From: a virus
Lineage: Duplodnaviria > Caudoviricetes
Reading direction: 5' to 3' (one strand)
DNA: 61,436 nt
Virus record (IMG/VR): IMGVR_UViG_3300034018_002789
Location: 1-61,436 of that record
Positions 1 through 9,398 of the stretch are shown piece after piece; the stretch's first letter is position 1; the number at the start of each line of letters is the position of its first letter. The position numbers and the translations under genes are program-made. The notes under the pieces were generated by a model. It was not told the DNA's origin, searched no databases, and saw only the letters and a list, made by a program, of their open reading frames with translations.

Positions 1-1221
1 TGTTAACTTTAATATGCCATCTCTTGGTTCATCTAAGCTTATTACCAATTCATAAAATATATCGCCATATAGTAGAAGGCTTTTGAAGTCTGCCCAGATT
101 CTACGATTGACATTGAGCATAGATCTGTGAAAAAACAGAAATTCCAATTCTTCTTTTACATCTTCATTTTTTGCATTTATTGTAAAAACATTACCATTAT
201 TATCTTTTTGGCAATTATGAACAACAGTTACATCTGTGCAGAAGTTATGGTGTTCTTCAACAGTTAAATCATATACAGGAACAGTATTTCCTGTTAATTT
301 TCCAAGAACTCTAACATGTTCTGGGTAGTTATTGCCAAGCCATCTAAGTTCTTTGAGATTAAATCCTTCTTTGGCAAGTCTATCTTTGAATGTTCGCCAA
401 TCAACATCTATAGAATTTTTGATTTGGCTCATCGACAATTGCTTGCTAGCTATTTTGCCATAATAGTTTACATTTTTATATTTTTCTATATCTTTGCCAG
501 TTCTCCATTCATCAACAAATTGTCTTTCGTGTACCCATCCTTTGTTGAATGTGAAAATTCTTGGAAATCTTTTGGTTTTAAAATTGTTTAAGTATTCATG
601 TGTTTGAACACAATGAAATGGCATTACTTCGTCTCCGATTTGGAGATCGCCAGCCTGAATCCATTCTCCATTTCTGAGTAATATTCTGTGATCTGGAGTA
701 CATTCTAAGTTTTTGCCGAAATCAAATACTATTTGAATTGTTTCAGCTACTTTTGTTTGTCTTGGGGAGTGAGCCCATCCTAATGAATAATCTTGTTTTT
801 TAAAATCATAACAATACACCAAGAATTTTTCATTTTTATATGTTTCAGCTAGAAAGCTTATTTTCTGATATCCAAACGGTGTGGCAACTAAAGTATTTCC
901 TGCCAAGCATGCTTCATCAGAAAAGACATTAAGGGCCATTTCAATTTCTGGTACGCTGCGTAATCTTTCGTATTCTTTGTATCTTGACTGTCTATTTGAT
1001 ACTGTAGATAGGTCTATAAAATCATTAGATTCACGCAAGCGAATTAATCTAGAATCGTTACCACTCCAAAATGAGCCATCTGGGCTTAATGTGGGGATTG
1101 AATCTGGAGATGAAATGCCTGCGCCGACAACATCTGATGTGTCTACAGTTTTTGATAAAGGATCGCTAGTGAAGGCATAGTCGAAAGTCTTAAAAAAGTC
1201 AGCCCAAAGTGGAGTAGGCAT
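1..1221 (-). CDS. Portal protein (T4 gp20-like), intein-containing; truncated at the window edge
   Basis: Translated by hand: ATG at 1221 after an AAGGGAG RBS, with no stop before position 1. MPTPLWADFF...RYKEYERLRSVPEIEMALNVFSDEA-[intein]-CQKDNNGNVF...RIWADFKSLLLYGDIFYEL resembles the gp20-type portal N-terminus. It lies downstream of the terminase. Confidence 0.85.
   Translation of the reverse strand, partial: MPTPLWADFFKTFDYAFTSDPLSKTVDTSDVVGAGISSPDSIPTLSPDGSFWSGNDSRLIRLRESNDFIDLSTVSNRQSRYKEYERLRSVPEIEMALNVFSDEACLAGNTLVATPFGYQKISFLAETYKNEKFLVYCYDFKKQDYSLGWAHSPRQTKVAETIQIVFDFGKNLECTPDHRILLRNGEWIQAGDLQIGDEVMPFHCVQTHEYLNNFKTKRFPRIFTFNKGWVHERQFVDEWRTGKDIEKYKNVNYYGKIASKQLSMSQIKNSIDVDWRTFKDRLAKEGFNLKELRWLGNNYPEHVRVLGKLTGNTVPVYDLTVEEHHNFCTDVTVVHNCQKDNNGNVFTINAKNEDVKEELEFLFFHRSMLNVNRRIWADFKSLLLYGDIFYELVISLDEPRDGILKLT
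214..909 (-). mobile_element. Intein (232 aa) in the portal gene
   Basis: Block A CLAGNTLVAT, block B LECTPDHRILL, block F VYDLTVEEHHNF, block G VVHN followed by +1 Cys. Confidence 0.93.
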
Positions 1222-1283
1222 ATCTCTCCCTTAAAATGATTTACAATATAATTATAGTTATGGCATGTGTCGTTAAAAACACC

Positions 1284-1616
1284 TTAACCATTTAAAAGCT
1301 CGTTTGAAGTATTTTTTTGTGAATCAGTATTATTTTGCGAATCAATTTTATTTTGTTCTTCCTGCATCATTTTATCTAATGCTTTTAATGCAGCTTGTGC
1401 ATCTTCTAAAGATCCAAAGAAAACAGGTTTTTTCATATCTTCTCTTTGTTGTTCTATCTGTCTTCTTTTTCTTTTTGTTTGAACTTCAGTAATAGAATCT
1501 ATAGTATTTTTTAAATGATTTTTTGTTTTAGATAGTGTAAATTGTTCTGGTAAAGTGCGGTAAATTTCTACAAGTTGATCTTTTATTTTGGATAGTTGTC
1601 TTTCGTTCGTATTCAT
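1284..1616 (-). CDS. Hypothetical protein (coiled-coil)
   Basis: 110-aa ORF, ATGA overlap with the upstream gene, co-oriented between terminase and portal. Confidence 0.7.
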   Translation of the reverse strand: MNTNERQLSKIKDQLVEIYRTLPEQFTLSKTKNHLKNTIDSITEVQTKRKRRQIEQQREDMKKPVFFGSLEDAQAALKALDKMMQEEQNKIDSQNNTDSQKNTSNELLNG

Positions 1617-2407
1617 TTTAATTCCAGAATTTGATATATTTTTAAGTTATCTCCACCAATCGAAACTTCTTCCATATTATATTGTACAGTTTGGTTGCCT
1701 TTATAAATAATTTTATATTTTGCATTGTCATTATTAATTTTATTATAATTTGTAGGAATAGTTATTTCTTTTAAATTTAAAAGTTCTCTTTTTACATTTT
1801 TTACCGCTTTTTGTGATATTTGATTTTCTGTAAGGTAACCTCTTTTAAGGTCTTTTGATTTGTTTCTGTTATTAAAATATTCAACAAAGCTTTTGTTTTC
1901 ACTATTACATAAAACTTTATTATTTAATATTTTTAAAACTATTTCTTGTTCATTTGTTATTAATCTAAAACATTTTATAGGTTTCCATGTATCTTCAATT
2001 TGTTCTGGGTATGGTTTAATTACGCCAGAAATAAAGTCTCTTGTGAGTTGTGAGTATTCATTAAACAAAGAAAGTGTTATATTTGCATAATAATTTGTAA
2101 TAGATTTTATTTCATTTATTTTTATTATATTTTCTTCTGCTTTTCCAGCATTTAACATATGTTCTATTAGTTTGTTGTTTATTTCTGTATCTTTTTTTGC
2201 CATTATAATTTTTTTAATATTTGGATATCTTATGAAATCTGCTGCAAAACTTAAATGTCTTTGTTCATTTAATATTTTGAAAAAACTAATTATATTTTCT
2301 TTGTCGTTATATAAATTTTTAATCCATGATTCATCAAACAAAGACTTTTCTATAGCGTCATTATATTCTTTGTAATCTATTTCAATAAAATTTGTTTTCA
2401 TTTTCAT
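1613..2407 (-). CDS. Hypothetical protein
   Basis: Long ORF co-oriented with the terminase; ATG at 2407 preferred to the overlapping start at 2440. Confidence 0.7.
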   Translation of the reverse strand: MKMKTNFIEIDYKEYNDAIEKSLFDESWIKNLYNDKENIISFFKILNEQRHLSFAADFIRYPNIKKIIMAKKDTEINNKLIEHMLNAGKAEENIIKINEIKSITNYYANITLSLFNEYSQLTRDFISGVIKPYPEQIEDTWKPIKCFRLITNEQEIVLKILNNKVLCNSENKSFVEYFNNRNKSKDLKRGYLTENQISQKAVKNVKRELLNLKEITIPTNYNKINNDNAKYKIIYKGNQTVQYNMEEVSIGGDNLKIYQILELK

Positions 2408-2423
2408 AATTTTAATAAGTAAT

Positions 2424-4181
2424 TTACCACCCAAATTCACGCAACAAACTATTATTTTTTCTATACATGGCTATGTATTCTTCCATATCTTGGTTTTCTT
2501 TATTTTTATTGTCGAATATATTTTGTATATCTGAATCAAGACTATCTTTTAATTCTTTTCTAATGTCTGACAATCCTTCAGGTTCTCTTTCATTTGCTTC
2601 AAATCCTATTGGCATATCACGATACATTTCATCTCTTACGAAGTTAGCTAGTGCAAGTGCCATTATTGAATCATCGTGTTTTCCTTTTACTGCTTGTGCT
2701 TTTTTAGTTGTTGGATTGTATTCAAAAGTTTTAATTTCACGAACAAATCTTTTGCTTTTTATTTTCATTTTTCCATTTAGCATTCTAGATTGGAGAGATT
2801 GTAGCATTATGCCACGATTATTTACGGTTATTTTAACGCCGGGTTTTAAAGTTTTGCTATTTCTTGCTGAAAAATAGAGATTTTCATATTCAAATGTGTG
2901 TTGTAATTCATTTAAAATTATTCCACCTGTTGACATATCTTCTATAGCAACAAGAGCATTGTTATAGTAGAGTCCTAATTCATTTACAATTTGTGCCAAA
3001 TCATGTGGGGTAATTAAATTACTATAAAATTCAGCACATTGTTCTAATGTATTTGCATTTATTATTTGTATGCAAGAATTATCTCCATCCGACCCAATTC
3101 CTTCGGCAGAGTCAACTCCAAGAATATATTCTTGACCTTCTTGTCTTTCCCTCCACATCCACAATGCTCCTTTTGTTAGATCGTTTGGAGATTCTTCTGA
3201 AGAAGAATCTTTATTGCAAAATTTTTCAAATACTTTTTTTATTGGTTTTGAGTTTGTTGTTTGTTGTTCTAGCTTGGCAATTAATTCAGAAGGAAAATAA
3301 GTTTCTCCAGACCCTAAAAAAGACCTTAAAACTTCTTGGAGAAATCCTTTTTCACCTAGCTGTTGTCTTTGTTCTTCGACCCATCCTGGGTTTTTTTTGT
3401 TGCTATAGTCTGGATGTTCCCAGTAATCTAAGTCGATTACATGGAACATATTTTTCTTTTCCATTGCCTTGTGATACGTTTCTTCATACCAATTCCCTAA
3501 TCCATTTACCGTACTAATTAGCACACAGCTTCCGCCTGTTGATAAAACCGGCCACATAGCTTTCCAATGCGATTCCATATCTGGAATAAACGCTGCTTCG
3601 TCAATTATAAGAAAGGTAACTGACTTACCACGGGCAGCTTCTGGGCTATAAAACTGTAATGCGCCGCCTGTATCTGGAAATTGTTTAAGGTGATCGTTCC
3701 ATTTGCCATCTTTTTTTGGTTTTAACCAATCTGGCATATGGTCAACAGCTCTGTCTATGATTAATCCAATATTAGTTGCTTCACGATCTGTTTTTGACAA
3801 TGCCATTATTTGTTGGTCTAATTGGAAAAGGCATTTCCAAAGACCGTATAGAAGAGTAACTGTTGTTAGACCTCCCTGTCGAAATTTACTTATTATATTA
3901 AATCTATGGTCTTCATAAAACTGTATGCTTCTTTCTTGATATTTAAACAATAAAAATGGAATTAGTCCTTTGGTTGGGTGTAGAATTTTAATATATTTGT
4001 GACAAAAATATGGAAAACTTGACATGCATTTTGCTACTTCTTCTTGCTGTCTTTCTAGAGTATATCCATTCATATCTTCGACTTTTTCATCTGGTGGTAT
4101 CTCTAGTTGAAATTCATCAAAATAGTAAAATTCAAAATCGTATCTTTTTTTATAAATTTCTTTGTAATTAGCCGAACTCAT
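2424..4181 (-). CDS. terL: Terminase large subunit (T4 gp17-like)
   Basis: YFCHKYIKI..P..GLIPF.L..YQ adenine-binding region, KFRQGGLTT Walker A variant, FLIIDEAAF Walker B, ISTVNG coupling motif, YILGVDSAEG nuclease Asp, GKHDDSIMALALA. AAGGTG RBS before ATG 4181; alternative GTG at 4190. Confidence 0.95.
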   Translation of the reverse strand: MSSANYKEIYKKRYDFEFYYFDEFQLEIPPDEKVEDMNGYTLERQQEEVAKCMSSFPYFCHKYIKILHPTKGLIPFLLFKYQERSIQFYEDHRFNIISKFRQGGLTTVTLLYGLWKCLFQLDQQIMALSKTDREATNIGLIIDRAVDHMPDWLKPKKDGKWNDHLKQFPDTGGALQFYSPEAARGKSVTFLIIDEAAFIPDMESHWKAMWPVLSTGGSCVLISTVNGLGNWYEETYHKAMEKKNMFHVIDLDYWEHPDYSNKKNPGWVEEQRQQLGEKGFLQEVLRSFLGSGETYFPSELIAKLEQQTTNSKPIKKVFEKFCNKDSSSEESPNDLTKGALWMWRERQEGQEYILGVDSAEGIGSDGDNSCIQIINANTLEQCAEFYSNLITPHDLAQIVNELGLYYNNALVAIEDMSTGGIILNELQHTFEYENLYFSARNSKTLKPGVKITVNNRGIMLQSLQSRMLNGKMKIKSKRFVREIKTFEYNPTTKKAQAVKGKHDDSIMALALANFVRDEMYRDMPIGFEANEREPEGLSDIRKELKDSLDSDIQNIFDNKNKENQDMEEYIAMYRKNNSLLREFGW

Positions 4182-4217
4182 TTTGTACACCTTGTTATAA
4201 TAATTTAGGAGGCTTTC

Positions 4218-4676
4218 ATGCTAAAAAATCAAAATTATTCATACTTTGTCAATTATATGTTTTTGGATTTAAAAAACGAAAAAAAGCATATGTTATTTTA
4301 TTTAACCGCTGCTTCAACAGTTTCGGGGTTACATAGGGAAGAATACAAGGAGCTTTTTGCTAAGGAAGCCTCCAGCGAAATGAGTCATGTTATTGAATTT
4401 CAAAATGCAATTCTTGGTCTAGGCGGCGATTTAACAACAAGTTCTGATGTATTTACATTTAATCCTTATATAGTTAGTTATGATATAAAGGAGTTATTAA
4501 CTTTTGCTCTTGAAATGGAATCAGAAGTAGTTGCAAACTATGCAAATAGAATACAAGAAAATTTAAGTTTGCTAGATGAGCCAGATAAAAGGTGGATGGA
4601 AATATTTTATGAAGATCAACTAGAAAAAAGCAGAAAGGATGTAGATAATATAAGAATGATATTGCGTAGTCTATGA
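4218..4676 (+). CDS. Ferritin/bacterioferritin-like four-helix-bundle protein
   Basis: DLKNE...Y, EASSEMSH (ExxH), ILGLGG, ALEMESEVVANY pattern; AGGAGG RBS. Confidence 0.75.
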   Translation: MLKNQNYSYFVNYMFLDLKNEKKHMLFYLTAASTVSGLHREEYKELFAKEASSEMSHVIEFQNAILGLGGDLTTSSDVFTFNPYIVSYDIKELLTFALEMESEVVANYANRIQENLSLLDEPDKRWMEIFYEDQLEKSRKDVDNIRMILRSL

Positions 4677-4689
4677 TTAAGAGGTAAAT

Positions 4690-5514
4690 ATGCCATTTTT
4701 TCAGAATGTATTTGATTTTGAGTTTAGACCATCTTTTATTGGCTCTGATAGACAATACCAAACTGGATGGAAAATTAAAGGAAATACTAATCGTAGTGAC
4801 TATATGGTTAGTAATGCTTTAGATCCATATAACCTAACTGCATCAAATGTTTTAACATTTAATTATGCTTATGATGTAAATTTTATGAATTATGCTTCAT
4901 TATCTGTAACACTAACTGGTGCATCATTGGCCGCTGTTACAGCGCATGAAGTTGTTAATTCTTTAAACTCAAATGTTAATTTTTCTGATTTGTTTACTGC
5001 TTTGGTTTATCCATCTAGCGACATTAATTCAAATTCTAATAAAGTTTTGATAAAGGCAAAGAAAAATAGAGCCACATGGAGAGCTTATATTGGAAGTACA
5101 AGCGCAGAGACTATTTTAAATTTCAATAAAAATGCGCCTGTTGCAGAGTTGCCAACTTTGTTTGAAAAGTATGATATTCAAAAAAGATTTTCTTATCCTG
5201 AACTGGGATCTGATAGATTAGTGCTTTTAGATCCAGCCAATCCTGTTGATGCTGCAATAATTACTGCTGCCGGTTTTAATCCAGCAAGTCCTAGCGAAGA
5301 TTGGCAATTATTAGCTGGAAGTAGTGATGCGTATTGGTTCTATAAAAAAACATATGCCGCTGGTAATTTGACAGAAGAGATAAAATATCCTGCAGGAGCA
5401 GGTGTTGGTTCTGCTGCTAAAAAAACTTATTATGGATATGATGGTGGCGGCAATTTAATTAAAATTTGCGAAACGCCTTATGTTCTTCAATCTGGAGATT
5501 TAGTCACTCCATGA
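4690..5514 (+). CDS. Hypothetical protein, probably virion-associated
   Basis: 274-aa ORF rich in A/S/N/G with a GAGG RBS; no catalytic motif recognised. Confidence 0.7.
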   Translation: MPFFQNVFDFEFRPSFIGSDRQYQTGWKIKGNTNRSDYMVSNALDPYNLTASNVLTFNYAYDVNFMNYASLSVTLTGASLAAVTAHEVVNSLNSNVNFSDLFTALVYPSSDINSNSNKVLIKAKKNRATWRAYIGSTSAETILNFNKNAPVAELPTLFEKYDIQKRFSYPELGSDRLVLLDPANPVDAAIITAAGFNPASPSEDWQLLAGSSDAYWFYKKTYAAGNLTEEIKYPAGAGVGSAAKKTYYGYDGGGNLIKICETPYVLQSGDLVTP

Positions 5515-5605
5515 CATTATTTGAAATTTATTTTTTTGGGTTTTTGTTATTTTTGTGTTTTCTTTTTCCATTGTTTGAATATATTTTTAAAAAATATAAT
5601 TCGGA

Positions 5606-6121
5606 TTAAAATATGTTTCCCCATCTTGATTGCAAGTCCTCAATAGCATTTTTCTTGAGGGCTTGCATTTCCATTTTTTCTTTCTTTTCTTTTTCCTCAA
5701 GATATTTTTTAATTTTCTTTTCTGCTATTTCGTAAAAATAATCAACTGCTTTTTCCCAAGAGCTGTCTGGAGAATAAGATTCAATATCCCCAGAAGATTC
5801 TTTATAAACTATTTTTCCGTTATAGTAAAGTTTAATAGTCATGCTATAATCTTCGGTAGCAATTTCTAAATTGTGACCATAGTTAAGTCCATAAAAATTA
5901 TATCCAATCAAATTTGATATTGTACTATCATCTAAAATTGGTATTGTATATTCATCAAGGGAATTTTCATAATCTTCCAAGAAATTTTGATCTGAATTTT
6001 GATATATTATTTCATTACCTAAAAATCTTGCAATTAAATATATCTTGCCTTCCATGCCTATTAGGTTTTTTTTTGTAGCTTCTATTGTTCTTTGTTCTTT
6101 AATTCTAGCTTCAATACTCAT
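5606..6121 (-). CDS. Hypothetical protein
   Basis: ORF with ATG at 6121 (MSIEARIKEQ), which avoids overlap with the divergent protease gene. Confidence 0.7.
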   Translation of the reverse strand: MSIEARIKEQRTIEATKKNLIGMEGKIYLIARFLGNEIIYQNSDQNFLEDYENSLDEYTIPILDDSTISNLIGYNFYGLNYGHNLEIATEDYSMTIKLYYNGKIVYKESSGDIESYSPDSSWEKAVDYFYEIAEKKIKKYLEEKEKKEKMEMQALKKNAIEDLQSRWGNIF

Positions 6122-6146
6122 ATTATATAGATAGTGAGGTGTATTA

Positions 6147-7772
6147 ATGTTTAAAATCTTTTTTGATAAATTGTATGCTGGTATTTTCATTCCTAATAAG
6201 AGCAAAGCAACTACAACAACTCCTAGACCAAAGGTGAAATCTATGATGAAATTTTATTATAATGATCCAAATTATCCTAATCTTATTGGCACTGTAGAAA
6301 ATCCCGAACCAAAAGGATTGCCTATTGATTGTATGTTTTTAACTCCTGGCGCATACCCTTTTACCTCAAAAGAAGGCATGGCAGCAAACGCATACGCTTT
6401 GTGTTGTCAGGGCATAGACATTTTTAATAGCTTGTTTGGTCTTAAAAAATGGGCAGCAGTAAATAGGTTAACAATAGACCCAATGGCAGGGCAGCAAGCC
6501 AATGCATTTTATGACAGAAGATTTTTAAAGTTCTTTTACTTTTCGAAAAACAATAAAACCGTATATACGGCATTATCTGCAGATATTGTTTTGCACGAAC
6601 TAGGGCATGCTTTGTTGGATGCAATTCGTCCAGACTTTTTTAGTGCAGCGTCTATCGAAGTTTGGTCATTTCATGAAGCTTTTGGCGATATAAATGCGAT
6701 GATTTGTGCTTTGCATTTTGATCCTGTTGTTAACAAGATGCTAGAAGATACCAAAGGAAATTTAAGGCAGTCTAATATTGTTAGTAGTGTTGCCGAAGAG
6801 TTTGGAATAGCATTAAATATTGGATGCGGATTAAGAGATGCAAACAATACATTTAAATATGTAAATCCAGAAACATTACCGGCTCAAGGTCCCAATTCAT
6901 CTTTAATTAAGGAACCTCATTCTTTTGCAAGAGTTATGACAGGAATTTTTTATGATATCTTTGTAGAAATATATGAGAAAAATGGAAAAAACAAAGAGGC
7001 AGTTATTAAAGCAAGGGATTATTTAAAACAAACTTTTTTCAAAGCTTGCATAAATGCTCCTTCTTGTGCTAATTTTTATGAATCGTTTTGTGAAAATTGG
7101 ATGATAGAAGATGGCAAAATGCCAGTTTCTTATCGTGATATACTAGTAAAAATTTTCACTCAAAGAGACATATTTAGAATTAACAAGCTTGATAGTATGT
7201 CAAGTGAAGATGGTATTGAAAAAGAAAAAACTTTTGGAACAGTAGATGGAACTGTAAAGCTTGAAAAATACAAGTATACAGTTAAAATAGAAGAGTTGTT
7301 TAATGATTCTGTATTTCCTATGGATGCATCTAATTTTTCAGACATGAAGGTAGAGTTAGCTGTTGACGAAATGTCAATTAAAGGACCTTTCTTTACATGG
7401 CAAAGAATATCTAGCCCATTTGATGAAGCTGTAAAAGCAGCTAAGGATTTAGTCGAATTTGTTTTTTCAAAAAAGTTATTTGGATCAGATGAAAATGCCA
7501 TGTGGTTCAAAAATGATCAGAATACTTTAACTAGAAGATTCTTCCAATGTGATTGCTATAAAAATAACTCAACAATACCTGGATCTCCAGAGTATGGAAA
7601 AGGACAGAAGCCTTTAAACAATACTGGTTGCTGTACTTATGGAAGTTGCGCAAATTCGACAAAGGAAGAAGACAAAAAAGTTGAAAAAACTTGCAATATA
7701 CGCTATAGTAGTGTATGCAGTCGTGCCAGCTACAATGGCTCATGCAATAGACCAACAAATAAGCCTTGTTAA
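6147..7772 (+). CDS. Zinc metalloprotease, gluzincin (M4 thermolysin/M36 fungalysin-like), with a Cys-rich C-terminus
   Basis: NAFY, DIVLHELGHAL (HExxH), SFHEAFGD (third zinc ligand Glu), LRDA and EPH motifs. The start could be 6147 or 6243. Confidence 0.85.
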   Translation: MFKIFFDKLYAGIFIPNKSKATTTTPRPKVKSMMKFYYNDPNYPNLIGTVENPEPKGLPIDCMFLTPGAYPFTSKEGMAANAYALCCQGIDIFNSLFGLKKWAAVNRLTIDPMAGQQANAFYDRRFLKFFYFSKNNKTVYTALSADIVLHELGHALLDAIRPDFFSAASIEVWSFHEAFGDINAMICALHFDPVVNKMLEDTKGNLRQSNIVSSVAEEFGIALNIGCGLRDANNTFKYVNPETLPAQGPNSSLIKEPHSFARVMTGIFYDIFVEIYEKNGKNKEAVIKARDYLKQTFFKACINAPSCANFYESFCENWMIEDGKMPVSYRDILVKIFTQRDIFRINKLDSMSSEDGIEKEKTFGTVDGTVKLEKYKYTVKIEELFNDSVFPMDASNFSDMKVELAVDEMSIKGPFFTWQRISSPFDEAVKAAKDLVEFVFSKKLFGSDENAMWFKNDQNTLTRRFFQCDCYKNNSTIPGSPEYGKGQKPLNNTGCCTYGSCANSTKEEDKKVEKTCNIRYSSVCSRASYNGSCNRPTNKPC

Positions 7773-7785
7773 TAAGGAGTGAGTT

Positions 7786-8151
7786 ATGTTCAGTTTTGAA
7801 GAAGATTTAATTAACTGTTTTTTCCAAACCAATTACAAACTCTCAGAAGCATTGTCGGCTGTTAAATGCAAAGATAACGAAGATGATGAAGACGAAGACG
7901 AAGACGATTGGGATGATGACGAAGATGATGATGACGATGATGACGATGATGACGATTGGGACGATGAAGATGATGATGAAGACGAAGATGATGACGAAGA
8001 TTGGGATGACGATGACGATGACGATGACGATGAAGATGAAGATGATGATGAAGATGATGATGAAGATGATGATGAAGATGATGATGATGACGAAGATTGG
8101 GATGAAGATGAAGACGATGAAGACGATGAAGATGAAGATGAAGACTATTAA
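7786..8151 (+). CDS. Extremely acidic low-complexity protein (Asp/Glu tract with spaced Trp)
   Basis: AAGGAG RBS; about 30 ordinary residues, then about 90 residues of D/E with four W. Codons vary among GAT/GAC/GAA in one frame, as expected for a coding tract. Confidence 0.8.
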   Translation: MFSFEEDLINCFFQTNYKLSEALSAVKCKDNEDDEDEDEDDWDDDEDDDDDDDDDDDWDDEDDDEDEDDDEDWDDDDDDDDDEDEDDDEDDDEDDDEDDDDDEDWDEDEDDEDDEDEDEDY

Positions 8152-8363
8152 ATTTTTGGCAAGTTAAATAAGTCTTTTCTAAATTTTTTATAGTCAATTT
8201 TTCTTTTTTTAGGTATAGGAATTTCAGAGTTTTTAATATTTCCTGGGATAGGACCATTATATGAAGAAACAATTATATCAGGTCTTTGTAATGGTGGTTC
8301 TATCCCTCCTGTGCTTCCATAAGCAGATTCTTTTATTTTAATGTATTCTTTAAAAGTTTTCAT
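8148..8363 (-). CDS. Small protein with a T4 internal-protein-like N-terminus (MKTFKEYIKIKE)
   Basis: 71-aa ORF with TAAATA 6 nt upstream of the ATG. Confidence 0.7.
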   Translation of the reverse strand: MKTFKEYIKIKESAYGSTGGIEPPLQRPDIIVSSYNGPIPGNIKNSEIPIPKKRKIDYKKFRKDLFNLPKI

Positions 8364-8382
8364 ATATATTATTTAGGTGCGT

Positions 8383-8910
8383 ATGTTAAAAAAGTGGCCC
8401 GGAATACTAATACTTGATGAAATTAAACAAATAAGAAATAATCAAGTTATATTTGAAAAAAATAATATTCACAATGTATTGCATGTACAAGGTGAAGAAC
8501 AAATATTAAATGCATTATTTGTTGGCGGGTCTATTTCAAATAATTATATTCCATCATTTTATTATTTAGGATTAGATAATAGATCAACAGTTTCTGAAAC
8601 AGATACTTACGCATCTATTTCTGGAGAGCCAGCAACTTCTACAGGATATGCTAGACAAGGAATTAGCTCTACAAGTGGGTTTAGCATAGTAACATCTGGG
8701 TCTACAGTCAAAGCAAAAAGTAATTTAATTGCTTTTTCTGCTACAACAACTTCATGGGGACCTGTTAAGAATTTATTTTTGACAAACGTTGTAAGTGGCA
8801 GTCCAGTATCAGCTCGTTTGTATTCTACTATTGAAATAGGATCATCAATAACAGTTTCGGTTGGGGATCAAATAAGTTTGATTTTTAGCATGTCTTTAAA
8901 AAATTGCTAG
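8383..8910 (+). CDS. Putative virion/tail-associated beta-rich protein
   Basis: YLGL...E...GYARQ...IAFSATTTSWGPV...LF pattern seen in phage tail accessory proteins; S/T/G-rich. Confidence 0.6.
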   Translation: MLKKWPGILILDEIKQIRNNQVIFEKNNIHNVLHVQGEEQILNALFVGGSISNNYIPSFYYLGLDNRSTVSETDTYASISGEPATSTGYARQGISSTSGFSIVTSGSTVKAKSNLIAFSATTTSWGPVKNLFLTNVVSGSPVSARLYSTIEIGSSITVSVGDQISLIFSMSLKNC

Positions 8911-9398
8911 AGATTTACAAAAGTTATGCTTTTGTCAAAAAAAGAATAATCTTTTATTTCAATATTGTGTATAAAAACAAAATTTCTTTTCTTTAATTTA
9001 TAAGCTTTTTTGAAATTTATGGTCAATCTTTTCCTGCCGCCATCTTCTTCATTTAACAAATCTTCAATGTAGTCATTTTGAAAATTTTCATCATTTTCAT
9101 CAAAATCTTCATTTGTTATAAGATTTGGAAAAGGTATATGTACTTTATAAAATGAAGGCAAAACTTCTATTGGTTCTTTTTTTCTATTGCTGTCTATTCT
9201 ATATTCAAGAAATATTTCTTTTGTAAATATCTCTTGATTTTTATCTCCATTTTTTGCAAATTGTTCTATTTGATTTAATTTGCCTAAAGTTCTTACTTCT
9301 TCACCTTCATAAATAGCGTATCTTTGATCTTCATCTACAAATATCTGATGATCAACAAAAATTGGAATATAATATAATTTTTGCTTTTCAATATGCAT
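8907..9398 (-). CDS. Hypothetical protein
   Basis: ORF coupled to the upstream nuclease gene; ATG at 9398. Confidence 0.6.
   Translation of the reverse strand: MHIEKQKLYYIPIFVDHQIFVDEDQRYAIYEGEEVRTLGKLNQIEQFAKNGDKNQEIFTKEIFLEYRIDSNRKKEPIEVLPSFYKVHIPFPNLITNEDFDENDENFQNDYIEDLLNEEDGGRKRLTINFKKAYKLKKRNFVFIHNIEIKDYSFFDKSITFVNL

Noticed and set aside
316-1180. + strand ORFs 316..591 and 881..1180
   Set aside because: Antisense to the portal-intein frame, which has clear motifs.
2424-4181. Inactive terminase because Walker A lacks Lys (GGLTT)
   Set aside because: Lys-shifted K.RQ.G.(S/T)T variants are common in terminases, and all other motifs are intact.
7862-8272. His-rich (minus strand) and Met/Lys/Thr-rich (7883..8167) ORFs
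   Set aside because: Alternative frames of the GAT/GAC/GAA tract. Only the Asp/Glu frame has a strong RBS and fits the gene layout.
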